The position numbers and the translations under genes are program-made. A DNA stretch of 64,000 bases, taken from the IMG/VR virus record IMGVR_UViG_3300044637_002122. One strand, given 5' to 3'. The first letter of the stretch is position 1, and every line of letters starts with the position of its first letter. Shown here one piece after another: positions 54,732 through 62,735 of the stretch. The notes beneath the pieces are model-generated. The model did no database searches and was not told the DNA's origin. It saw nothing but the letters and a program-made list of their open reading frames with translations. This DNA comes from an uncultured virus (IMG/VR IMGVR_UViG_3300044637_002122). Its lineage: Duplodnaviria; Heunggongvirae; Uroviricota; Caudoviricetes.

Positions 54732-55217
54732 TCAGGCCTCGCTCGTCGAGCGAGACGCGGCGGCGATCGGTGGCGGCTCGACGAACGGCAGGATCAGCCC
54801 GGGCGGCCAGCGGCAAGTGATCGGCGGCCGGGCGGCCGAGAACTCGCGCTCGTTGACCTCGTCGGCCTGGTTGCCGCCATAGATCACCAGCCCGCCAGAC
54901 GCGGTGCGTCCGGTCACGATGCCGACGTGGCCGCCACCCTTGCGCTCGAAGACCGCGATCGCGCCGAAGACAGGGCCCGGCAGCTGCTGCCCCCAGTCGC
55001 CCCAGGCCTTGGCCCGCCACCAAGCGCGCGGCAACGGGAAGCCAGCCTCCTTGGCCCACTTCGCCATCGCGCCGCCGCACCAGGGCTGGCCAACGAGCCA
55101 CGATTGTCCAAGGTCGGCGAGCATGGCGCGGATCCAGGGGCTGTCGTTGGGACCCAGCGTCTCGCGCTGGCCGATGTCGCGGCGCGCGGCCACGACCCAC
55201 GGAAGGGTGGCGCTCAT
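54732..55217 (-). CDS. NlpC/P60 (TIGR02594-like) cell-wall peptidase, putative endolysin
   Basis: PW...AR..IG..E..GPN, PWCG, A..W..WG, GAIAVF.R.GGGHVG.V, GGNQ; AAGGAG SD. Confidence 0.88.
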   Translation of the reverse strand: MSATLPWVVAARRDIGQRETLGPNDSPWIRAMLADLGQSWLVGQPWCGGAMAKWAKEAGFPLPRAWWRAKAWGDWGQQLPGPVFGAIAVFERKGGGHVGIVTGRTASGGLVIYGGNQADEVNEREFSAARPPITCRWPPGLILPFVEPPPIAAASRSTSEA

Positions 55218-55252
55218 GAGGTCTCCTTGCCGGGAGCGGCGCAGTCCAGCGG

Positions 55253-55606
55253 TCACTGCCGGCGCTCGATGACGGGGGGCTCGACGACGTCGCGGCGCGG
55301 CACCACGTTGGCCGTCACGGCGGCGCCGATCACGGCGGCCACAACCCACCCCAGGGTCCGCTGGACCCAGTCGCTGGACTGCTTGTGGATCGGGGCCTGG
55401 GCCTCCAGGGCGGCGATCCGGAGCGTCAGTCGATCGATCAGCTCGACGGCCCTCTCGTGAGCGTCCTTGCTGTTGGCCTGGCGCTCCTCGAGAACGGCCA
55501 GCCTCGTGTAGGCGGCAGCCAGCTGAGCCAGCGATCCCTTCATCTCCCCGACGTCGCTTTGCAGCGCGCGGATCTCCGCCTTGGTGGCTGGCGACTCGTC
55601 GCTCAT
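55253..55606 (-). CDS. Holin/antiholin-like protein (coiled coil plus C-terminal TM)
   Basis: RLAVLEERQ..RIAALE..P; WVVAAVIGAAV; adjacent to the endolysin. Confidence 0.6.
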   Translation of the reverse strand: MSDESPATKAEIRALQSDVGEMKGSLAQLAAAYTRLAVLEERQANSKDAHERAVELIDRLTLRIAALEAQAPIHKQSSDWVQRTLGWVVAAVIGAAVTANVVPRRDVVEPPVIERRQ

Positions 55607-55860
55607 GCGTCTCGCTCCTCGTCATGCAGCGAGCGCTGCTTGTAAGCCCTGGCGCCGATCGTGGCGGCGGTCCACGCGAGGTTGACCTGGGCGCAAAACG
55701 CGGCCGCGGCCGGCGCGCCATCGCCCACGATCCCAAAGTGCGAGAGCAGCAGGGCCTGCTGATCCGCCGGCGTGGTCAGGTAGGCCGTGCACACGGCGCC
55801 GAGCGCAGCCTGCAGCCACACGCTCCACATGCGGATCAATCGCCGCGGTGACTCAAACAC
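55603..55860 (-). CDS. Holin-like membrane protein
   Basis: RRLIRMWSVWL..; two hydrophobic segments ending ARAYKQ; GAGGAG SD. Confidence 0.6.
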   Translation of the reverse strand: MFESPRRLIRMWSVWLQAALGAVCTAYLTTPADQQALLLSHFGIVGDGAPAAAAFCAQVNLAWTAATIGARAYKQRSLHDEERDA

Positions 55861-55912
55861 GATCGCGCTCCTCTTTGACGACCAACACAGCGTTGGCCAG
55901 CCTGCGCGCGCG

Positions 55913-55918
55913 ATTCTA
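55913..55918 (-). promoter_or_regulatory. Possible -10 box (TAGAAT) of the late operon
   Basis: In the divergent intergenic region upstream of the holin. Confidence 0.35.
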
Positions 55919-55977
55919 GTGCTCGCTCACTGGGCCGGGCATGGAACTCCGCGTTTTCGGTGGCGGCAGAGCGATGT

Positions 55978-56021
55978 TGGGGTAAACACCTATGCCAATC
56001 TTTCGTTGTCCGCCCAACAAT
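55978..56021 (+). promoter_or_regulatory. Early promoter/operator motif, copy 1
   Basis: TGGGGTAAACACCTA-N11-CGTTG-N8-ACAAT. Confidence 0.65.
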
Positions 56022-56061
56022 AGCGTCAACGCAGCAAGGAGTTCCGGCTCTGAACTGCGGT

Positions 56062-56130
56062 GCCCCCGTAGCAGATTGGCATTGCGCCGGCTGGAAACCG
56101 GAGAAGGCGGATCGTTCCCGCCCGGGGGTT
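56062..56130 (+). ncRNA. tRNA-like RNA (GGA in the anticodon position; non-canonical)
   Basis: Cloverleaf: acceptor GCCCCCG/CGGGGGT; D-arm GCAG-ATTGGCA-TTGC; CCGG-CTGGAAA-CCGG; T-arm GGCGG-ATCGTTC-CCGCC. Confidence 0.7.
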
Positions 56131-56142
56131 TCAGTGACCAGC

Positions 56143-56162
56143 GGCCTGCCCCGCGGCAGGCC
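56143..56162 (+). promoter_or_regulatory. Leader hairpin, copy 1, upstream of an SD
   Basis: GGCCTGCC-CCGC-GGCAGGCC, then TCACCCAACAGGAGA. Confidence 0.5.
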
Positions 56163-56187
56163 AGTGTTCACCCAACAGGAGACCGCC

Positions 56188-56394
56188 ATGACCCCGAAAG
56201 ACATGACCTGGCTGGAGCGCCACGAGCGCGACCGGCGCTGGTCGCAGAGCGTGAACTTCGGCTCGCCGATGTCCATCTGGACCACGACGATGCTCGAGGT
56301 GCGCCGCGACATGGGCCAGCCCAGCAGCCCGGCAGACGTCCTGGCGCAGGAGGCCGAGGTCCGGCGCCGCGACGCGGCCAAGCGCGCGGCGTGA
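56188..56394 (+). CDS. Hypothetical early protein (68 aa)
   Basis: CAGGAG SD before MTPKDMTW. Confidence 0.65.
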   Translation: MTPKDMTWLERHERDRRWSQSVNFGSPMSIWTTTMLEVRRDMGQPSSPADVLAQEAEVRRRDAAKRAA

Positions 56395-56407
56395 GGCTGG
56401 AACAGCC

Positions 56408-56632
56408 ATGAGCAAGCCCATCCCGGTCTACGACTGCCCGGCGCGCCAGAGCACCCACACGCTCTCGCGCGCCGCGGCGGCCGCCTTCCTGCGCCACCAG
56501 CGCCGCAAGCGCGTCGTCATCCGCTGCCGCGACGGCCACACGTACTGCGCCCCCGCCACCCATTGGAACAACTGGCGCATCACCACCCGCCCGACGCAGC
56601 GCGACCTCGATCGCGCCAGCAGCTGGCGATGA
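56408..56632 (+). CDS. Hypothetical early protein
   Basis: ORF tiling. Confidence 0.55.
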   Translation: MSKPIPVYDCPARQSTHTLSRAAAAAFLRHQRRKRVVIRCRDGHTYCAPATHWNNWRITTRPTQRDLDRASSWR

Positions 56633-56754
56633 GCAACCGGCCGCCCGCCAACTGGCCCTTCCCCAGGTACGACAAGAAAGGCCGAATCATCAGGCCACTT
56701 CGCCAGCGCAAGCCGGCACCCACCTACCCGCCGGGCGAGCCGGCACCATTCTAG
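56629..56754 (+). CDS. Hypothetical peptide (41 aa, WPFP motif)
   Basis: ATGA coupling; MSNRPPANWPFPRYDKKG. Confidence 0.5.
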   Translation: MSNRPPANWPFPRYDKKGRIIRPLRQRKPAPTYPPGEPAPF

Positions 56755-56763
56755 GAGATCGAG

Positions 56764-56991
56764 ATGACGACCAAAGGAAGCTACGAGGCCGTCTTCGGCC
56801 ACCTGGGCATGACGCCCGACGAGGTCGGCAACAGGATGATCGCCTTGCGGGACGCCCTGTCGGCCCTGCTGCAGCACGAGGGTGAGCGGGTGCTCGACGG
56901 CATCGGGATCGAGCACGACTCTCCCGCCCTGGAGCAGGCGAAGAAGACAGCCGCAGATCTACTGGAGGGCTCCGACTCGGTCCGGGCTTAG
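56764..56991 (+). CDS. Hypothetical early protein
   Basis: AGGAG SD. Confidence 0.6.
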   Translation: MTTKGSYEAVFGHLGMTPDEVGNRMIALRDALSALLQHEGERVLDGIGIEHDSPALEQAKKTAADLLEGSDSVRA

Positions 56992-57031
56992 GGTAAACGC
57001 CCATTCCGTTCGCTGTTGCGTCGCCCACAAT
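56989..57031 (+). promoter_or_regulatory. Early promoter/operator motif, copy 2
   Basis: TAGGGTAAACGCCCA-N10-TGTTG-N8-ACAAT. Confidence 0.7.
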
Positions 57032-57063
57032 TCGCTACATCGTCAAACAACAAGGAGATCGTC

Positions 57064-57579
57064 GTGTCCCAGTACATCCCCACCCACTACACCGGCACCT
57101 TCAGCGGCGGGCGCTGCGTCGAGACCTCTGTGCAGCCCGGCACCTACCAGGGCCACCACGCCGACGGCAGCAGCATCCAGAAGCACAGCGCCGGCGGAGC
57201 CTACCCCTACGTGCTGCAGCTGCGCGACAAGCCGGCCGGCGGCTACTGGTGGGAGATGACCGGCCCCGGCATCGAGGGCGCGCTGCGGTTCGGCTCCGGC
57301 GACGAGTGGGACGCCGCGGCCCGCCGCATCCTGGCGGTGCGCAGCAACGCCGACGCCTGGGCCTTCGAGCTCGAGCAGCTGTGCGTCGTCGCGGGCCACC
57401 GCCAGCTGGCGATGCACCTGGCCGCGCACGCCTGGCCCGGCCCCGCCAAGTGGGACGACATGAGCTCCGCGCAGCGCGTCTCCGCCCTGCTCTGGCTGGG
57501 CAAGGCCAGGGGCACGCTGCGCCTGCCGCCCGGCACGCAGCAGCCCGTCTTCGCGCGGATGGCCTCGGTCGCGGTATAG
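57064..57579 (+). CDS. Hypothetical early protein
   Basis: AAGGAG, 6 nt, GTG (MSQYIPTHY). Confidence 0.65.
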   Translation: MSQYIPTHYTGTFSGGRCVETSVQPGTYQGHHADGSSIQKHSAGGAYPYVLQLRDKPAGGYWWEMTGPGIEGALRFGSGDEWDAAARRILAVRSNADAWAFELEQLCVVAGHRQLAMHLAAHAWPGPAKWDDMSSAQRVSALLWLGKARGTLRLPPGTQQPVFARMASVAV

Positions 57580-57619
57580 GGCAAACACCTATACCTTTCA
57601 ATGTTGCATGGGCAACAAT
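57577..57619 (+). promoter_or_regulatory. Early promoter/operator motif, copy 3
   Basis: TAGGGCAAACACCTA-N10-TGTTG-N8-ACAAT. Confidence 0.7.
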
Positions 57620-57659
57620 TCGTTCACTGCACAGGTTGTGCGGGCAACAAGGATTCAGC

Positions 57660-57887
57660 ATGTACTTCTCCTCCGACTTCCGTCCCGCGCGCGGCGTGGC
57701 GATCATGCTGCTGCGGCAGCTGGCCGACCAGGCCGGCCACCGCGAGCGCCAGGTGCTCGAGCAGCCCGACGTCGAGTGCCGCCGCTGGCCGGACTCGGTG
57801 GACTGCATGGAGTTCCGGGCGCCGACGACCGGCGCGACGATCGTGGTCCGGCGCCCTTACGCCGACAACCGCCGCATCGTCGGGTGA
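57660..57887 (+). CDS. Hypothetical early protein
   Basis: AAGGA SD before MYFSSDF. Confidence 0.6.
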   Translation: MYFSSDFRPARGVAIMLLRQLADQAGHRERQVLEQPDVECRRWPDSVDCMEFRAPTTGATIVVRRPYADNRRIVG

Positions 57888-57891
57888 CGTC

Positions 57892-58071
57892 ATGAGCAGC
57901 CCCCAGCGCTACAAGATCATCAAGCACGAAGAGCGCGGGCCTCGTGGAGGCATTCGCCTGGTCGGCTACGCGCTGCTCGACACCTCGACCAACATCGTGG
58001 TGCGCCGCCGCCCGCGTCGAGGCGAACTGATTCACGAGCGAGACCGAATGAACGCAACGCCCCGCGACTAA
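57892..58071 (+). CDS. Hypothetical early protein
   Basis: MSSPQRYKIIKH; ORF tiling. Confidence 0.5.
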   Translation: MSSPQRYKIIKHEERGPRGGIRLVGYALLDTSTNIVVRRRPRRGELIHERDRMNATPRD

Positions 58072-58094
58072 CCCCTCTCCGCTGCGATGGCAGC

Positions 58095-58114
58095 GGCTTG
58101 CCCCGAGGCAAGCC
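58095..58114 (+). promoter_or_regulatory. Leader hairpin, copy 2, upstream of an SD
   Basis: GGCTTGCC-CCGA-GGCAAGCC, then TCACCCACCAGGAGA. Confidence 0.5.
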
Positions 58115-58138
58115 CTTGTCACCCACCAGGAGAGCCCC

Positions 58139-58516
58139 ATGCGCATCATCCTCAACGTCGGCCTGAAGGTCGGCCGCACCAACGACACCATCACCATCAA
58201 CGACGTCATCGGCGCGTTCCGCAAGGTCTTCGGCCACGCGCCCGTACTGGGCTTCTGGGTCCGCAACTCCGACACCGAGCCGACCGCAGTGCTGAGCTTT
58301 GAGTACCGCGGCCTGGATAGCGTGCACGGCCTGATCCGCCAGCTGGCCCAGGCCACGCAACAGGAGGTCATCCCGGCCTACAAGCCCGAGCGCATGAAGG
58401 GCGCGATGCTCGGCGCCACGATCGACCTCGACGGCGCCTGGGGCGACTTCAACCCCGCCCTCTTCATCATGCCCGACGGCTCGCGCCTGGGCGCCGCGCT
58501 GCCGGCTGCAGCCTGA
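58139..58516 (+). CDS. Hypothetical early protein
   Basis: CAGGAG SD; ILNVGL..SDTEPT.V..Q..I....WGDFNP..F..PDG. Confidence 0.7.
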   Translation: MRIILNVGLKVGRTNDTITINDVIGAFRKVFGHAPVLGFWVRNSDTEPTAVLSFEYRGLDSVHGLIRQLAQATQQEVIPAYKPERMKGAMLGATIDLDGAWGDFNPALFIMPDGSRLGAALPAAA

Positions 58517-58529
58517 CCTGGAGACCACG

Positions 58530-58808
58530 ATGAGCAAGCACTGCCCCATGTGCGCCGGCCCCGGCGCCCTCCTCGGCTCTCTCGGCCGCACGAAGCACTT
58601 CCGCTGCGTCGACTGCGGCTGGACCTTCTCGCGCACGCCCAAGGCCCGCGCGCGCCGCCCGGTGGCAGCGGCCCTGGCCGCCGTCGCGATCGCGCTGACC
58701 GGCTGCGGCGGCAGCACCAGCGACGAGCTCGACTGCCGCCCCGACATCATGGGCCCGCCGGCGCCGAGTGTCGCTCACCTCCCCACCTGCGAGAACCCCA
58801 ATGGCTGA
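58530..58808 (+). CDS. Small Zn-ribbon protein with an internal lipobox-like segment
   Basis: CPMC..LLGSLGR..HFRCVDCG; AALAAVAIALTGC. Confidence 0.6.
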   Translation: MSKHCPMCAGPGALLGSLGRTKHFRCVDCGWTFSRTPKARARRPVAAALAAVAIALTGCGGSTSDELDCRPDIMGPPAPSVAHLPTCENPNG

Positions 58809-58821
58809 TCAACATCCCGCC

Positions 58822-59205
58822 ATGAGCCTGGCTAACGAGCTGGTCTCCATCGCCCGCGCGCGGGGCCTGCGCGCCTCTGCGCACGTCGGCATGAGCGCCG
58901 AGATGCCGCCGCGGCCAGCCCCTGCCACAACCCTGCAGCCGGAGACGGTCAACGGCCGCCTGGTCCGCCACCCGCACGCGCTGATCCTGCTGAAGCGCCG
59001 GAGGGCCGGCGACTTGCCGGATGCCGTGCGCGCCGAGCACATCGCGGCCGCACACCGCTCGAAGCACTGGCTGTCCACCGTGCGGCCCTTCGACGAGCTC
59101 GCCAACGACGGCGTCCCCGGGCCCGGCGAGGTGTACGCGCACAAGTACGAGGCCGAGAAGAGCCGCGTCGACGACCTCCTGGCCGTTCTGCTGGGGGACG
59201 TTTGA
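58822..59205 (+). CDS. Hypothetical early protein
   Basis: ORF tiling; the start could instead be 58801. Confidence 0.55.
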   Translation: MSLANELVSIARARGLRASAHVGMSAEMPPRPAPATTLQPETVNGRLVRHPHALILLKRRRAGDLPDAVRAEHIAAAHRSKHWLSTVRPFDELANDGVPGPGEVYAHKYEAEKSRVDDLLAVLLGDV

Positions 59206-59513
59206 TGAGTGCTGACAGCTTCATCGCCCCGGGCGCCCGCGTCTGGCTGCTGGACCGCGTGCGCGTTCGATCGGGCTACGGGCCGCAGCTGGTGACGGTG
59301 GCGGACGTCCACCGGCCCAACGACCAGGTGCTGAACTTCCGCACCCAGGGCACGCGCGGGTGGTACACGCAGACCGACGCCTTCGCCACAGAGAACGAGG
59401 CCAAGCTGGCCTGGTTCGACCGCGCCGACGCCGAGTACCAGCGCGAGCTCTCGCGCTTCAACACGATCTCGCGCCGGCTGCTGGCGTATCAAGCGAACAG
59501 GAGCACCTTATGA
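59205..59513 (+). CDS. Hypothetical early protein
   Basis: TGATG coupling. Confidence 0.6.
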   Translation: MSADSFIAPGARVWLLDRVRVRSGYGPQLVTVADVHRPNDQVLNFRTQGTRGWYTQTDAFATENEAKLAWFDRADAEYQRELSRFNTISRRLLAYQANRSTL

Positions 59514-59803
59514 ACGACGCAAAACACGCAGCAGGCCCGTGGGAGGCAAGCTACGACGGCCACGGCGGCATCTACATCGGCGACGCCGAGGGTCGCCAGG
59601 TTGGCTTCATCTCGCGCCACCCGGAGCAAGACCGCAACGCCGCGCTCGTACAGGCCGCGCCCGACCTGCTGGACGCGCTGCTAGCCACCTACGAAGCACT
59701 CGGCATTAGCTACCCGCTGCACAGCAGCGACATGGACAAGCGCGGGGCAGTGCTGGCGAAGGCCTGCGCCGCCATCGCCAAGGCCACCAAGGAGCTTTCA
59801 TGA
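59510..59803 (+). CDS. Conserved phage hypothetical (H..GPW / NA.L..AAPDLL.AL type)
   Basis: CAGGAG SD; HAAGPW..NAALVQAAPDLLDAL..AAIAKAT. Confidence 0.7.
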   Translation: MNDAKHAAGPWEASYDGHGGIYIGDAEGRQVGFISRHPEQDRNAALVQAAPDLLDALLATYEALGISYPLHSSDMDKRGAVLAKACAAIAKATKELS

Positions 59804-60990
59804 AAGTCATCAATAGCCAAGGCAAGAAGCCCATATTCGCTTGGACTGAAGGCGTGCCCGTCGAGGACGAGGCGATGCGCCAGCTCGACAACATCGCCGG
59901 GCTGCCCTTCATCTTTCGCCACGTTGCGGTGATGCCCGACGTCCACTTCGGCATCGGAGCCACCGTGGGCAGCGTCATCGCAACGAAGGGCGCCATCGTG
60001 CCCGCCGCGGTGGGCGTGGACATCGGGTGCGGCATGAACGCCATCCGACTGAGTCTGAAGGCCAGCGACCTCCCGGAAAGCCTGAAGGAGATCCGCCACC
60101 AGATCGAGCGCGACGTGCCGGTGGGCTTCAATGTTCACAAGCGCGAGCAGGTTATCGACCAGAACCTGAAGAGCATGCCGAACTTCGCGGGCATGGTGTT
60201 CGACGACGTCCTTCTCCTTGAGCACCTGGGCTACGCCGGGAAAGCGCCGGCGCAGCTTGGCACACTGGGTGGTGGCAACCACTTCATCGAGCTGTGCCTG
60301 GACGAGAACCAGGACGTCTGGGCGATGCTGCACAGCGGCTCGCGCGGGATTGGCAACGCCATCGGGCGGCACTTCATCGAGCTTGCCAAGCGCGACATGG
60401 AGCGCTACTACATCAACCTGCCCGACCAGGATCTGGCGTACCTGCCCGAGGGCTCGGAGAACTTCAAGGCTTACTGCCGCATGGTCTCGTGGGCCCAGCG
60501 CTACGCAGCGGCCAACCGCATGGTCATGATGGATCTCGTCCTGGCCGCTCTTCGCAGGCATCTGCCCGCCTTCGAGGTGACGCAGGAGGCCATCAACTGC
60601 CACCACAACTACATCTCGCACGAGAACCACTTCGGCGAGAACGTGTGGGTCACGCGCAAGGGTGCCGTGAGTGCTCGCCAGGACCAGCTGGGAATCATCC
60701 CCGGCTCGATGGGGGCCAAGAGCTACATCGTGCGCGGCAAGGGCAGCCCGGACTCGTTCTGCTCGTGCTCGCACGGTGCCGGCCGGGTGATGTCGCGCAA
60801 TAAGGCCAAGGGCATGTTCACTCGTCTGCAGCACGAGGAGGCCACCCGCGGCGTCGAGTGCCGCAAGGACGAGGGCGTGCTCGATGAGACCCCGGCCGCC
60901 TACAAGGACATCGACGCCGTCATGGAGGCGCAGCAGGATCTGGTCGAGGTGGTTCACACCTTGAAGCAGGTTCTCTGCGTGAAGGGTTGA
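59800..60990 (+). CDS. rtcB: RNA-splicing/repair ligase RtcB
   Basis: MPDVH.G.GATVG, VGVDIGCGM, LGTLGGGNHFIE, LHSGSRG, HHNY, RKGA, IPGSMG, SCSHGAGR, DETP.AYK, VKG. Confidence 0.96.
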   Translation: MKVINSQGKKPIFAWTEGVPVEDEAMRQLDNIAGLPFIFRHVAVMPDVHFGIGATVGSVIATKGAIVPAAVGVDIGCGMNAIRLSLKASDLPESLKEIRHQIERDVPVGFNVHKREQVIDQNLKSMPNFAGMVFDDVLLLEHLGYAGKAPAQLGTLGGGNHFIELCLDENQDVWAMLHSGSRGIGNAIGRHFIELAKRDMERYYINLPDQDLAYLPEGSENFKAYCRMVSWAQRYAAANRMVMMDLVLAALRRHLPAFEVTQEAINCHHNYISHENHFGENVWVTRKGAVSARQDQLGIIPGSMGAKSYIVRGKGSPDSFCSCSHGAGRVMSRNKAKGMFTRLQHEEATRGVECRKDEGVLDETPAAYKDIDAVMEAQQDLVEVVHTLKQVLCVKG

Positions 60991-61004
60991 GTGTGGTCGG
61001 CGCC

Positions 61005-61208
61005 ATGAACATCCCCCTCGCCCTCTCCATCCTCTTCGCCTGCGGCGGCGCCTCGATGGTGATCATCGCCCTCTACCACTGGTCCCTGCCCGAGCAGATG
61101 CAGAAGACCTGGCGCGACCTCGAGCAGATCGACCTGGCGTCCATCTGGACAATGCTGTTCGGCCTCGTGCTACTGGCCATCTCGCTCGCCTTCGGCGTGC
61201 ACGCTTAG
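61005..61208 (+). CDS. Small two-TM membrane protein
   Basis: Two hydrophobic segments; the start could instead be 60987. Confidence 0.55.
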   Translation: MNIPLALSILFACGGASMVIIALYHWSLPEQMQKTWRDLEQIDLASIWTMLFGLVLLAISLAFGVHA

Positions 61209-61249
61209 GGTAAACACCTACACAACTGCCTGTTGCCCTGTTGCACAAT
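61206..61249 (+). promoter_or_regulatory. Early promoter/operator motif, copy 4
   Basis: TAGGGTAAACACCTA-N10-TGTTG-N9-ACAAT. Confidence 0.7.
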
Positions 61250-61282
61250 CTGTTCCGCCGTCAACGCAAACAGGAGTTTCAA

Positions 61283-61624
61283 GTGTCCACGCCCCGCCTG
61301 TACCAAGCCCTGCAGTTCAGCAAGCCGAACGCTCAGGGCCGCATCGATCACTGCTCCATCCACCTGGCGGCCAACGACCGCGAAGAGGCCATCCGAATCC
61401 TCCGCGAGGAAGGCTTCGTCAGCGACAACGTCGAGGTCTACCTGCTGGCCGACTGGGCCATCGACAAGGGCCCGCGCACCCGCATCGGTCAGAGCAGCCT
61501 GAACGGCGCGCACACCAGCGAGCCGACCACCATCGAGCAGCACGCCAACTGGGTCCGCGTGATGACCCGATCGCACCGCGACGACGGCGAAGTCACGCCG
61601 CCCACCTGGGTTCGCGCTCGCTGA
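61283..61624 (+). CDS. Hypothetical early protein
   Basis: CAGGAG, 6 nt, GTG. Confidence 0.6.
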   Translation: MSTPRLYQALQFSKPNAQGRIDHCSIHLAANDREEAIRILREEGFVSDNVEVYLLADWAIDKGPRTRIGQSSLNGAHTSEPTTIEQHANWVRVMTRSHRDDGEVTPPTWVRAR

Positions 61625-61633
61625 GGCCTCGCC

Positions 61634-62122
61634 ATGAACTACTTCCTCCTCAACGGCGACCTCGAGGTCATCGCGACCTCGAGCAAGTTCCCTGGCAACG
61701 ACTCTATCCCCGCGCGCAAGCCGGCCGACGGCGTCTACCGCGGCCGCGACACGGTGTGGTTGATGAGTGCTGGCTGGACCGACCGCAACGACTGGGAGAC
61801 CCTGGCCGACGCCGAGCGCATCGCCGCCAGCGCCACCAAGGCCACCGGCAAGACCTGGCTGGCCTGCGACCGCGGCGAGCACACCAGCCCGCGCTACGAC
61901 GTCATCGAGGCGCCGGTCGTTGGCCAAGAGGTCAGCCACGGCTTCAACGGCGACGCCTACCCGCTGGGCAAGATCACCAAGATCAGCCCTGACTTCAAGA
62001 CCGTGATGGTGCTCAGCAAGATGGGCGTCCGCCATCGGTTCACGCGGCGAGGCGCCGGCTGGATCAACAAGGGCTGGTCGCTGCTGCCTGGCAGCCAGTA
62101 CCGGCAGAACCCGGAGTTCTGA
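61634..62122 (+). CDS. Hypothetical early protein
   Basis: GAGG SD; D.G..TSPRYDVIEAP.VG.EVS..FNGD.YP.G.I..IS; ends NPEF. Confidence 0.7.
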   Translation: MNYFLLNGDLEVIATSSKFPGNDSIPARKPADGVYRGRDTVWLMSAGWTDRNDWETLADAERIAASATKATGKTWLACDRGEHTSPRYDVIEAPVVGQEVSHGFNGDAYPLGKITKISPDFKTVMVLSKMGVRHRFTRRGAGWINKGWSLLPGSQYRQNPEF

Positions 62123-62361
62123 TGATCTACGTCACCATCGAGACCCTCAAGGGCGGCCGGAAAGTGATCCGCCGCTCATGGGGCGGGACCAAGGCCTTCG
62201 CGACACACGCGGCCGCCAACCGCAACACCAACATTTTCTTGGCTGCCGGCTGGAAGGCTGAGACCAAGTCCTTCGTCGACATCCCCGCCGCAGAGGCCTT
62301 CGTGGCCGCGCACAACGCCACCCTCGTCACGGCGCGAGCGCGCGCCAAGGAGTACGCATGA
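62122..62361 (+). CDS. Hypothetical early protein
   Basis: GGAG SD, TGATG coupling. Confidence 0.6.
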   Translation: MIYVTIETLKGGRKVIRRSWGGTKAFATHAAANRNTNIFLAAGWKAETKSFVDIPAAEAFVAAHNATLVTARARAKEYA

Positions 62362-62735
62362 AGACCATCATCACGGCCCTGCTCGTCTCGGCCATCAGCA
62401 ACCCGGTCATAAAGACCGAGGGAGGGGCCACCTTCGAAATCCTGGCCGACACGTCGGTGACTCGCGTCAACGATCTCGGAGCGACGCAGACGTCCTCGAT
62501 CGTCGTCTTCACTCCAGCCGGCGGAAAGCCGACCGCAAAGGTCGCTGGAGTCCTCGGCTGCGGCAGCGGCAGCGGCGTGATCGTGCTGTTCGACCTGGCC
62601 CACAACGTCGAGAGCGGGCCTCACAGCTGGCGCGCCGGCGGCCCCAGGGTGTTCGACGGCGTGGCCGAGGCTGCATGCTCCTCTGCCGCCCTCAATGCCA
62701 ACAGGCTCCTGCGCGGCCGCGGAGGCATGGTGTGA
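62358..62735 (+). CDS. Hypothetical protein, possibly exported
   Basis: AAGGAG SD; MKTIITALLVSAIS signal-like start. Confidence 0.6.
   Translation: MKTIITALLVSAISNPVIKTEGGATFEILADTSVTRVNDLGATQTSSIVVFTPAGGKPTAKVAGVLGCGSGSGVIVLFDLAHNVESGPHSWRAGGPRVFDGVAEAACSSAALNANRLLRGRGGMV

Noticed and set aside
49319..55736. Long N-terminal extensions in ORF-track calls (49319-50245, 54439-55200, 54732-55736)
   Set aside because: They overlap better-supported genes; internal starts with clear SD sequences or coupling were used instead.
56062..56133. Calling the cloverleaf a standard tRNA-Ser(GGA)
   Set aside because: It lacks the long variable arm, canonical T-loop, 5-bp anticodon stem and CCA; reported as tRNA-like instead.
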